DNA of 64,000 nt from Phoronis australis (taxonomy: Eukaryota; Animalia; Phoronida): positions 767,339 to 831,338 of the forward strand of contig NMRA01000023.1 in NCBI GenBank assembly GCA_002633005.1. The letters run 5' to 3'. The notes beneath the pieces were generated by a model. The model was not told the DNA's origin. It ran no database searches and saw only the letters and a list, made by a program, of their open reading frames with translations. A program made the position numbers and the translations under genes. Each line of letters opens with the position of its first letter. The first letter of the stretch is position 1. Shown piece by piece: positions 13,801-24,600 of the stretch.

Positions 13801-16800
13801 TTGGTAAGGACCTGTTGTGATCGGCTAAAGTGTGAAAACACTGACTGTCCTTTTATTATTAAAGTTGGTTTCGTTGCAAATTCAGAATAAACTCTTGGTT
13901 GAATTCTCAAAATCATTAAAAATAAGTATGGACTAGGCTGACAAATTAAGCCCTTCATACCATGGTCATAAAAGTTTGAATTCGGCTACCAACAATTCAG
14001 CCTCATACCCAAGCCTCAAGATGGCGCTGATCGGTTTAGCCATTTAGGCTTGGTTATGGGAAATACCTTCTGCGCAATGATTGGCCACTGCCTTGATGTC
14101 ATTAAAGCAAAGGCAGATTTTAATTAATTTCATAGGCGTTGCAGCTGCTGTTCATGAAGCTGAATGCATTGTTTTGGTTATTGTTTGAAATAAAGGTTTT
14201 CTGCGACCTCTTTTTCAATTCTCTTTTATTAATAGTATAATAGAACTTAATCTATTTTCGAATAAAAAACATTCATTTTTGCAATATTTTAGATCGAAAT
14301 TGCTGCAGTTTTGAAGTATTCTGCAGAAAATTTCAAAGTTCATATATAACTTTATATTACTCGTGATTTTCTGGCAACTTCTGGAAAAATGGATTAGAAT
14401 TCTGACACATTTGGTTTCCCATAACCAAGGCTCAAATGGCCAAACCGATCAGCGCCATCTTGAGGCTTGAGGATGTGGTTGCCAACAATTTTGGAATGGT
14501 AATTTTAAGTATTCCTTTTTCAATTTGTGTACAATGGCACACTTTAAGGACCGATACATTCAGTAGTGACCTTGAACATTCAGATGCACTTGGTCACCAT
14601 ACATGGGTTTGCGGTTGTTCTGAAATCACCAATGGAACCAGGACATTACATTGGGAGAATGTTGGAATGTCTCCCTCAGCAGACCATTCAGTGTATCTGC
14701 CTTCTTGTCAAATCCTGCCAGGATGTACCTGCACAGGATATAAGACACGAGGAAGGCAGACACTTTTGATAGACTCATTGTAAATGCTAGTTAGGTGCAC
14801 AGGCCGCTGATAAACCTTCTCAGGAGAATTTGAAGACGGGTCGTTTCCTCCCACATGTAGGATAACCATGTCAAGAGTGAATGTCTTCACAACTTTCATC
14901 TTTATGTTGACTGCTGTTGCTGTAATCCCTCCAACGTCATGTAGCTTGACATTTAAGTTGTGAGGAAGTAAGTCAAACAAAAAGTTCAGTTGTCCTGTAA
15001 GATAAAATCTGTCAGACGGCATACAAAGCTGCAGCCAAGAATCAACACTCACTTAGACATGGCTGAACTGGCATGCTCAAACTGGAAGGTAATTGCTCCA
15101 ACAACAAGCAGCCTTTCTTGAACCAACCAATCAACTGAAAGTCATGCAAGAGCTGTTCCACTGTTGATGTTCCTGTGAAACCCAGTGATTATTTTCTTTG
15201 CAGAATCGGCAGCTTGGAGTTAGGACCCTAGTGCAATTTTCCTACTTTCAGACAAAGCTTATTGATCTTCGTTTGACTGCTCATTGTCTTTTCGTGCAAA
15301 AGGAATAATTTACATGCCTAAAGTGGCGTGATATTGTAAAATGTCGTACCAGTATTAAATTACCAGCAACCATCTGAACCACTTTCTCACAACAAGCAGT
15401 GTACCCAGAGTGGCACTCCACACATCAACTGCCACACATCCGAGATCCAGTTGGTAAATTTCGGAGAAAACCCACAATACCCCCCATCCGCGCCCATCCC
15501 AAAGAAAAACATAACCACAACGCAAATAATAAATCTCATATCAAAATTAACAATCTCATCATATAGCCAACCTATACACAAAACATCCTAACTCATTCAC
15601 ACATTACCCCCTCCCTGACTATAACCCAACTCCACCTGCACACTGCCCCACCACAAACACCACTTCTCTTATTCTCAACTGATACTCGAACAAAAACTCC
15701 ACCCTGAGGTCTATACCTCACAAACTCTCGCAACTGTCCTGCCGACAACCTGCTCAACACCTCCACCATTTTCCATGACAACAGAACCACCTGGCACTCC
15801 CTCAAACACCTACCCTTAGGTACAGCCCATCCTAATTGCCTACACACCCTCACCACCTCCCTAAAATCTGTATCCTCCAACTCACCAAAATCCCTCCCAC
15901 TCTCCAACAACCATGCTCTAATGGGTGCTAAATCCCCACTCCCTGCACTAGAACTTAACCCAACTGACACACTGGCTTCCAACATGTAACCCGACTCCCG
16001 CCTATAGACAAACCTTGGCAAATGCCAAAATCTAATATGAGCTCCAACGTCCTCCCCCATAAAACAGCATCCTGCCCACTTACATGCCGCAGTCCACATC
16101 AACCTCTTCCCCGTGAACCATTCTTCGTCTTCCCCAAGCAAAACTACCAACTCCTCAGCCTTAACCTCCCTCTTACTATTCTCCATTCTCCTCGCTAAAT
16201 TCCTGAACCTCAACACAAGCCTCCTTGCCATCTCCCACCCCAGCTCCCTTTCCACCAGCATAGAAATAACCTTGAAAGGCTCCAACAACTAGGTCTTTCT
16301 CGATGCTGCCACTAATTCTTCCACTACATGTTGAGCCATCTTACAATCATAACCATTATTACAGCATATAGGACAAATGTACTCTTCCATATCACTTAAC
16401 TCCTGCTCATAAGCCCCCACATACTGAGCATGAAACCAGTCTAAACCTCCATCACACTGAACCAGGTTCTCTGGTTCAGGCCGCAGACGCCGCCACGATA
16501 TGCCAGATAGTATCCCTTCTCTCCCCATGATGGTCCCAACCGTTCTTGGTGATCTAGTAGGTTTTAACACTCTGGAAGCCATATCCTACAATGAGGACTT
16601 TTGGGGTGAAGATTTTCCATGGACGGGAAATGCCTCAAAAGTAAAACTGCATTACGTTGGCATTGATACCAATGGACTCAATGGAGATAGGACCATTCTG
16701 TACCAGCCACTTGGCCACCTCAGTCTCATCTTTGAAGATACTGGCAGAGCTGTTGATGTAGACTTTGACCTTTCTCTTACTGAAATCAATTTCTGGTTCA

Positions 16801-18554
16801 AACCGAAGAGCTTATAGCCAGCCTCACCTTCCAGACCACCCAGTCTTTCAATCTCCTTGTATGCTTGAGATGGCAGACCACCCTCATAGCCCGGTCTACT
16901 TTACCGTAGTCGACGAGTTCTTGCTCATACAGGGAGACCAAGTTCTTCTTTTTGATGGATCACTGGCCCTTGATGTTACCAGATGTTGAAAATATCCAGC
17001 ACGAGCCGCAGGACCTCTGGTTCTTGACAGGTGTCACTGCATTGTGATCCCACCAATCAAGTGCGGTGGGTGAGTCAACTTTGGGGGTGACCGCTGGCTT
17101 CACGGAAAGACCATCACCCAGCCCTGGACGCAGTCCAAGGACCTTCTTAAACTTGTTGGGGCTCAAGTTGATAAATTTACATGTAGAGGCTCCCTAGCAT
17201 GCTGCGCCTTATTCTTTGTCCTGAATTTCTTGTGCTTTGGCCATGTTCTCCCGAAAGATGTCAAAACACAGTTTTTCCTCTTCCCTTGAGAGCTTGCCTT
17301 GAAGGCCTCAAAGCTTTTACAATATGAACTGATTTTCTCACAGTTCCTTGCATAAGCTTTCTCATGAAAATCTTCACAGTTTTCTGAAGACACTATCAAG
17401 GAATGTATAACCATGGTCTTGTCCACACAACTACAGTGCATTTTCTCTCTTCTAAAACTAGGCAGTCATCAAATTGGGTCGTCTCGATCTAGTTCTTGTT
17501 GTGGTTGGTTCTACCAGAAATATATACACCAGTTTGTACTTCATCCCCTGGACAACCTGGTTTTCAGCATCAGTAACTTTGACGATTTTTTCATACAACA
17601 AGGAATTGCTGCGCTGATTCAGTTGTTCTTCCACTGCTTGAATTAATTCCTGAAGGCCTATGTCTGTTTTTGGATCAGCTGAGCTGGCTGCCAACTAGGC
17701 AATTACATCGCCCTGAATGCCACAGGCATACATGATACAGGCCAACCAAGGGGATGCATGTTACTAGCTGCCAACCACCTACAAGTGCACTTACACAGTG
17801 TATTTGAACGTTGTTAGAGCCACAGTCAATGAGAAATAAAGTTCAAGCTCTACCATCTTCTTTTCCCTGTACTCAATTAGCAGCACCTGTCTGAAGCACT
17901 TTCACACAATGCGGTGAACCCAGAGTGACACTCCACACACCAACCGCCAAACATCCGAGATCCAATAGGCAATGAAGGCATAGGTAAACTTCGGAGAACT
18001 CCGATCTCAGCCACCCACAATAACATAACACAACAGAGCACTTCCTAGGCAATGACCATCGCCTCTGTTGGCCCGAACCAGTCTGGTTCGGGCCAACAGA
18101 GGCGATGGTCATTGCCTAAGCACTTCCTAGCTTAAGAGTGAAGGCCTTGTATAATTGTATTTTATCGCTACCAAGTTCACACTTTTGACCGGGATAGAGT
18201 TCAGTAACTAGGACCTCATTAAAAAGCAAAACTTCGCGAGATAACGTGAAATATTGCTGAGTAAGTACTGTAGAGAACACGTGCGAAATCCTGGCGTGCG
18301 TTCAGTAAACGCTAGGACCTACGCTAGGACCTAGCTAAAACCTAGTCAAAGTCACGTTTTCTTATTTAAATGCACGGCAATATCTCAAGTAATCTCGCGA
18401 AGTCTTGCTTTTTAGCGAGGTCCTAGCGTTACTGAACGGGAGGCTGGCTTCAGGCAGCTACCTCCTAACGACCTAACGTAGATCGATCCTAGAGTTCTAC
18501 CCTAGCTTTTCCTGTTTACGTACCCTCTGTTCGTCTTTTCTTACGGGGTGGCAT
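7827..18554 (-). CDS. THYN1: Thymocyte nuclear protein 1 (EVE domain), 6 coding exons, ~201 aa
   Basis: GT-AG exons with consistent phases: 18524-18554 ([11 protein letters not shown]), 11992-12110 or its duplicate 11255-11373 (..[20 protein letters not shown]), 10770-10838 ([23 protein letters not shown]), 9805-9962 ([35 protein letters not shown]), 8924-9108 ([23 protein letters not shown]), 7827-7870 ([14 protein letters not shown]). Motifs closely match vertebrate THYN1. Exon 1 is the least certain. Confidence 0.95.
11169..12380. repeat. ~480-bp near-identical direct duplication containing THYN1 exon 2, with the second copy starting at an N gap
   Basis: 11169-~11660 versus 11906-~12380, offset 737 bp, with scattered substitutions. 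The second copy begins immediately after the N at 11905. Confidence 0.9.
13998..14481. mobile_element. MITE with ~65-bp TIRs and 9-bp TSD (Mutator-like)
   Basis: Ends CAGCCTCATACCCAAGCCTCAAGATGGCGCTGATCGG... and ...CCGATCAGCGCCATCTTGAGGCTTGAGGATGTGGTTG, flanked by CCAACAATT at 13989-13997 and 14482-14490. Confidence 0.8.
14520..15052 (-). pseudogene. Decayed SGNH/GDSL hydrolase ORF of retrotransposon type
   Basis: Contains VGGITA (block II-like), [11 protein letters not shown] (block III) and downstream [21 protein letters not shown] (block V, DxxH), with stops and frameshifts. Such domains occur in DIRS/Ngaro and CR1/L2 elements. Confidence 0.7.
15593..16288 (-). other. 231-codon intronless ORF of unknown, probably TE-derived function
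   Basis: ORF-track ORF with strong strand-biased composition and a degenerate zinc-finger-like stretch (CKWAGC...HIRFWH). It directly abuts the PHD remnant. Confidence 0.35.
16350..16472 (-). pseudogene. C-terminal portion of a degenerate PHD finger
   Basis: [19 protein letters not shown]...EEYICPIC corresponds to the PHD pattern MIQCDxCxxWFHxxCVG...YxCPxC, with two Cys substituted. Confidence 0.7.
16465..17765 (-). pseudogene. CTSF: Intronless (processed) cathepsin F pseudogene
   Basis: Collinear with no introns: cystatin-like domain ([12 protein letters not shown]), propeptide with the ERFNAQ pattern ([13 protein letters not shown]), catalytic region [93 protein letters not shown]. Multiple stops and frameshifts; the catalytic-His segment is deleted. 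Confidence 0.9.
18046..18118. mobile_element. 73-bp perfect-hairpin mini-element (two 36-bp TIRs + 1 nt) with 9-bp TSD
   Basis: TAGGCAATGACCATCGCCTCTGTTGGCCCGAACCAG-T-reverse complement. TSD AGCACTTCC at 18037-18045 and 18119-18127. Same termini as the 940-bp element at 53497-54436. Confidence 0.9.
18199..18437. mobile_element. Palindromic MITE remnant
   Basis: GTTCAGTAACTAGGACCTCATTAAAAAGCAAAACTTCGCGAGAT pairs with ATCTCGCGAAGTCTTGCTTTTTAGCGAGGTCCTAGCGTTACTGAAC. Confidence 0.7.
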
Positions 18555-18743
18555 CGCGCATGGGTCATTAATGGTTAACAGCCTTTAGTAGCCTACGATG
18601 TTGTTGGAAGTACAAGAGATAACGTGCTTTAAACTTTCCCGCAAAAAATCTAGTAAACAGGAAATTCAGTAAAACGCATGCGCCAGTTAATCGAGATATC
18701 CAATATGGCTGCCGATGCGTCCGTTGCTATCCAAATGTGAGAG
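18555..18743. promoter_or_regulatory. Putative bidirectional promoter THYN1/LRRC56 and LRRC56 non-coding first exon
   Basis: The THYN1 ATG at 18554 points left. Present are CGCATGCG (NRF1-like, ~18675), CAATATGGCTGCC (YY1-like, ~18701) and GTTGCTAT (RFX half-site, ~18723), then a plus-strand donor AG|GTAAAT at 18744. Confidence 0.5.
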
Positions 18744-19426
18744 GTAAATTTGCAAAAAATAGCTACCTGTTGAGCAAATTCTGCACACGACAGTGAGGAA
18801 CATGTTCTGATATCTCTTCTTTATCGTTTAATACTTTAAGCGCTATCTTTTTATCTCTTTGAAACTTCATCGAACAGGTGCTTTTCTTGATTATTTTTAC
18901 CCCACTTCGCGTTTCGCGACGTTATACTCACTGTGATTGCAGTGGCGGGAACTTGCAGATGCAATCTGTGTGTAACTGCGGCGCTCATGTATTTCAGTGC
19001 TCTTTACCACTCAAAACCGAAGCGTGCAAATACCAAAAAACATATCAGAAGGGCACGGCTGACGTTTTCTGACTGATAGGACTCGGATGTTGGGTGTAAT
19101 TCGGACGAACCATCAAGGTCAGGAAGCCCTGCTACTGGACTTTTCCTCTTAAGAGGGTTTCGTCTTTTTTGGTTTTGATTTCCGCTTATTTGATTTCAAG
19201 TTTACTTGTTTTTCATCTCTTTTTTGTTATTATTTTGACTCTTTGTTCATGCAAAAACGTTTGTTTCAATTAATTTTATGACACAAAAAATTTCTATCAC
19301 ACAAGCCTATTTATTTGTGCGGGTACCATACATCACCTTGAGAATTTTCCTCTTTTTTGTCATTGGTCATTCCAAGCCCTGTGCTTCTGAAGGTTAATCA
19401 TGTGCCAGCTAATAAAATTTGATGAG

Positions 19427-19672
19427 CATGCACGCCCAGCCTTAAAAAATGGGGGGGCTCGAATTTTTGAGAATAGGGACCTTTTACTAAGACTCATGGG
19501 CACGTACGTTCAGAACTTTGAATAATGCATTCGCCGAATTTTGGTAGTTCCTGCCTTTTTAGTAAACTTTTGTCTCGGTTTCCACTTTTTTGGAGTTTTT
19601 GTTTCTCTGAGGCCAATTTATGGGGTAGAGGGCTCGTTGGAACCCCTCGAGCCCACCCTGGGTGCACGAATG
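19427..19672. mobile_element. CATG-ended MITE with 5-bp TSD (hAT5- or Transib-like)
   Basis: CATGCACGCCCAG...CTGGGTGCACGAATG flanked by ATGAG on both sides; homologous to 56931-57157 in opposite orientation. Confidence 0.7.
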
Positions 19673-21618
19673 ATGAGTCATGAGAAATCAACAAACTCCT
19701 TGTTAATAGTTCACTTTTAATGCCCGAAGTCGAAGAATAATAACTGTTACAATGGTCAAAATTGGGGGAAATTTGGCCGCAGGTGGGGATCATAACTCGA
19801 ACAGAGAATGGGGGAAATTCGGACCAGCAAATTCTAAATAGGTAAAAACTCTGACAAAATATAAAATAGTATTTTATGATTATTTTGCAGTGTCATTGTA
19901 CAAGTAATGAAATTTGAGAAGTCATGTCCTGGGCACATAAACACCGTAAAAGTATGTCCGTCATTACCAATTTGTGCAATCTATGGTTAACAGAGCCGTT
20001 GTTGTTAAAAAATTCAATTGTGAATTGACCTATTGACACAGATGGTCGTCACATGAGTGCGATAATCCCTCATAGGAGCACCAAGAAAAGTTTCGAGTAG
20101 CCTAAAAGCATAGTACTAGAATTTTCCTGTACCATACAAAATGTTGGAGGGTAAATCTGGACACCCGTTTTTGATCAAATTGTGCTTTTGTGTATGTTTT
20201 TCTGTTGCAATTAACATATAAAACAGCATAGTAATGTATTAAGCATCAAGTAATTATTCAAGTTTTTTATATGACAAGGGGCCAAGTGACCTAAATGTAA
20301 CTTGGAAAAGAGAGTCAAACCTACCGCAGACTTTCAAAATCACTATGTGGGTGTCACTTGAGGAAAGACAGAGGTTGACAACTAGGCAGTCATGAATAAC
20401 AGGCCTGTTATCCAATGGAAAAAAACTGTTTTTTCGGATCAGTGACAACTATTTTCGACCAATGCCCAGTTTTAGCATACCTGCAGTTGTACCATGTTAA
20501 AGGGATATTTTCGGTGAGAAAAGCATGTTTTCAAAAATTTGCGTGTTATCAAACCCACCAGCGTGGCAATGGCAGCGGAACCGACTTTGTCCACTTTGCC
20601 CATATAGACAGTATTTCAAGCATATAAAAGTTAAGGGCATCGACCTTGCTTTCAGTGGGAATTTGTAATTTGTTGGATTTTGTTTTTTTTTTACATTTCT
20701 AGTCAAAGTTATTAACTCCAAGAAGTGCAAAATTTTCAGTATCCCAAATGGTGATTGCAAATGAAATTATTGCCTTTTAAATAACAGTATGGTGCTTATT
20801 ATCATCAAAGAAAAATAAATTACCATACTGCCTAATGTTACCATGTGATGCAGAAACTGCTATATTGTAGGTATGCCCTTTTTGTCTGTACCCCCATGTT
20901 AAAAATACTATGAAATTTAAATATTACATGACGGTAAGTGAGCACCATTGGTCACCGACAACCCTAGTTTCTCAAATTTCATGTGTTCTGTTCTGTGAAA
21001 GTGGAGGCCGCATCGCATTGAGTCTGTGTCATTAGTGGTATTACTGTAACCCTGGTGTTAGAAGAGAGCTCACATGATTTCATGCCACTGGCACATTGAC
21101 AATTTTCGCTTTCATTGCTGTATTTGGCCGGGCTGTGCTTTGTCAACTTTAAACTGATTTGAACATTGTTTCAGATTCTTGATTGATATTGGTGGTTCAC
21201 ATCAAACATCATGTAGATGGCTGCTGTTGCCCAGCCGTACCTACTGACTCCGCCCATTGGACAAACTAAGTACGTATCAGGACGCTCGCTGCCAAGTCTC
21301 TGAAGCAGATGATTTGAAGAAAATGCTCTCAGTTGCCGTGCTTTGCAAATGATATTCAACATACCGCTGCTGACAAAAATGACAACATCTGATCTTTCTT
21401 GGGTCATTTCATATTTGTCAACAAAACTGGATAATTCATATACTTTAATGTATCATTTTGCCTTAAAATGTGTTTGAAAGCACGAATTAAGTATTTCTAA
21501 TTTCATGCAGAAGTATTTTTTCATTTGTATTGATGCAGTCGTGTTTCATATTCTAGTTCAGTTGAGAGACAGACAAGTTCGAATTCATATCTAGGGACTT
21601 CTTTCCTTCCGTTCCAGT

Positions 21619-24600
21619 ATGGCCGAACCAGCAGCCAGACCCAAAAGTGCTCTGGCACGAGGGGTGCAGATAACACAGTTCAGTGATGGAGAGAAAGTCA
21701 ACCCTGAGCCAGTCGCTGTTGAGGAGACAGACATCTTACTGGAGGAGTATCTGTCACCCAGGAGACTGGTGAGTATAGAAAGGCTTCGTGTCAACTGGCT
21801 GTTGTTTGCTTCCAAGGAATAAAGAACCGTGTCCCCCACCTTACCACCGGGGGTATTTTTTCATGGTGCCGTGCACAAGTATGTCTGCTATGAATGAGCT
21901 TGTTCTATTAAACATTTATTTAGTTCAACTAAATCTTTGTCAGCAGTATTCATGTTTGTCCACATTCACCTTTGTGGCCACTCCCAATTTTCGAAATTGT
22001 GATAATTATTTTGTAAGCAAAACCCATTTTATATGGGGTTTGCACCAGAAGTTCCTTGAATGCGCCCTAGTTTGTAAACCATTTGTGAGATTTTTTTTAA
22101 CAGTACTGTAACTGAAGTACATGCACTACATGAATCGGCAACTTTGACTTTAAAATATTGTTTCATTGAAAAATAATCTGATACTGGAATGGCATTCTTA
22201 ACTAAGACTTCCTAAGACTTTCTACCTCAGTGTGTAGTTTATCCTGGTGCCTAGAATACGTTGCATTTTGGATAGTCTGATTTTCAGACATTTTCACCAC
22301 TGTTCTCCACAACCTGTTTTGACTCATCACTGCGTCGAGCTTGAATTTTACCGTGGCTTACTTGCATCGAGTTTGAAAGCTTGCGCAGTGAGTTTTAAGT
22401 ACTCGGAGATTTGTCATTTCTAATTGGGACATTTTGGATTTTTGGCTCCAATTCAATGCATATAGTCCAAGACTTACAAACTCCTCACACTAAGAACACA
22501 GAGTTTCGAAAAATTCCGTGAATTAAGTAATTCCAGTCAAGTTTTCTGCTGTGGAGAACATTTCATTATGATTCGATCTATTGAATAACAATCATCTTAT
22601 TCTAATACACTGAAGTATCTTCCATGCATTTTTCCATTCTTTGATCTTGTAAGACTCCCATCTTCTTACCGTGTGTTATTACCTTGCAGAGAGCCCTGAC
22701 TGGTGTTGACAATCTTGACCAAGTGCATTACCTGGAGATGAAAGTGGATACCACAGAAACTAGCCTTGGTAATTTTGGCACTGTACTTCCCAGTCTGTCA
22801 CAGCTTAGGCTATCCAACAGCATCATCACTTCAGTCAGGTAACTATTAGAACTCAATTTGGCGACTTGCACGTTACCAGTACGACCTCACATTTTATTTG
22901 GCAACTTATCAAAAAATGGCGGTTTGCCGCGAAGTCGCCTCGTACACATCTGATGAGACACTCGTGACAATACACTACAGGAAGTAGAGCAGACGGAAGT
23001 GGGAATTGTTCCCCAAAAATAGGTAGGGCCTATCATGCACAGGTTGTTCTACTAAAAGAAAAAAACACCATCTGGCCGGCAGACATTAGTGCTTGTTTGG
23101 TTTTCATTTCGGGTGTCTAATTTATTTTGTTTTCGGCTCTTGTCGCTTGTGCGTTATTTTCAGAGGCCAAAACTTTCGCAACTCTTCCCTTGCCTGTACA
23201 AAGTTTCCTTGTCTTGGTGGCTCAGTTCCCATTTGCCGACCTGGAAATTTTGCTAGGTCTCAATTGGCAAATTGGCGTCATCCTAAGCATTGGGCCCTGA
23301 ACAAGTGGAAGTGCTGTAAATTATGTGAATGGTAAACATGGTGTTGACATTTCAAGCAGTAAATTTTAAAGAAAGTTTGCAGATTGATTTTCTTCAAAGC
23401 TCCCTCGCTTTGCTGATTGAAGTTAGTTTAAGAAGAAACCAGGCCAAAAATAGAAACTAAGTTGTTTGCAAATTTGCTTTGGCGTATTTTGTTGAGAAGA
23501 CTGTTATGCCCTGTGAAGTCGCAAGGCCAAGCATTTGTAGGACAATGATGACTCTCTCTTGACTCATGAATGTCCCAACATGAGTGAACATTTTAATTTT
23601 CTTCTCTCTGAATTTTGGTTATAAAAAGTGATTGTTTTCTTCATTAGCTCAACCTGCTGAGTAATGTAAAAGTTCTTCTCTGTATTGGATTTGTCTATTG
23701 GGATTTTATTGTACCAATGAATGTAAACCATTCCTGTTTACAGACTATTGAGTGCTTTGTCTGCACCTTTTTAGGGACCTGGGATCGTGTTTTGAGAAGC
23801 TGAGGGTGCTATGGATGCCACGCTGCTGTTTGTCTGATCTGGATGGCCTGTCTGCCATGAGCAACTTACGAGAGCTCTATCTTGCCTACAATGAAGTTTC
23901 TGACATCAGCAACATCAGCATGCTGGATAAAATAGAGATTTTAGACTTAGAAGGGTTTGTGCTTTATACTGTGAATCAGTTTCTACCTTGCACTATTTGG
24001 TCAACTCTTTTCCTTTATCGGATTCGATTCAAGCTAAAGTTAGCAACTGATCAGTTTCTGTATTTTCACCAGACATTTGTAGCTGCACATCATTCATTGA
24101 GCATTCCTTGTCTATTTTTGTCGAGTAACACATGCCGTAAATAATAGTTCCGACCAGCTGTTCAAGATAAAGTAACACAATTTCATTCTTAAATGTTCTG
24201 CCATTTTGAACTTGTGCTTAGAATTGTATCATGGCGGGCTTAAGAACTTCATATGTGATACTTTAAACTGATTTTTAAGTGGATTTGCTTTGCAGTTTAA
24301 TATTTACTCGTGATTTGCAGGAATAATCTAGAAGACATTGCCCAGATTGGTTTTCTGGCCATTTGCTCAAATTTAAAAACTTTGACACTAGAGGGCAACC
24401 CTATATGCCTTTGTCCATCAGCCGATGAAACCGGGGTGAGTAGTAAGTGCTTGCGTGTGTGCATATCTGCTGATGCACTGGGGTCAGAGACCTTGTGAAA
24501 TGTATTGCTTTGATTCCAGAATCTTTCAGGCTCACTGTCTTGCGTCTTGTTTTAAAGTTATATTGAACACAGCTTGGCCTGGTCAAAAATGATCAACTTC

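Noticed and set aside
23545-23612. Possible C/D-box snoRNA (ATGATGA...CTGA) in an LRRC56 intron
   Set aside because: No convincing terminal stem or rRNA-complementary guide; consistent with chance.
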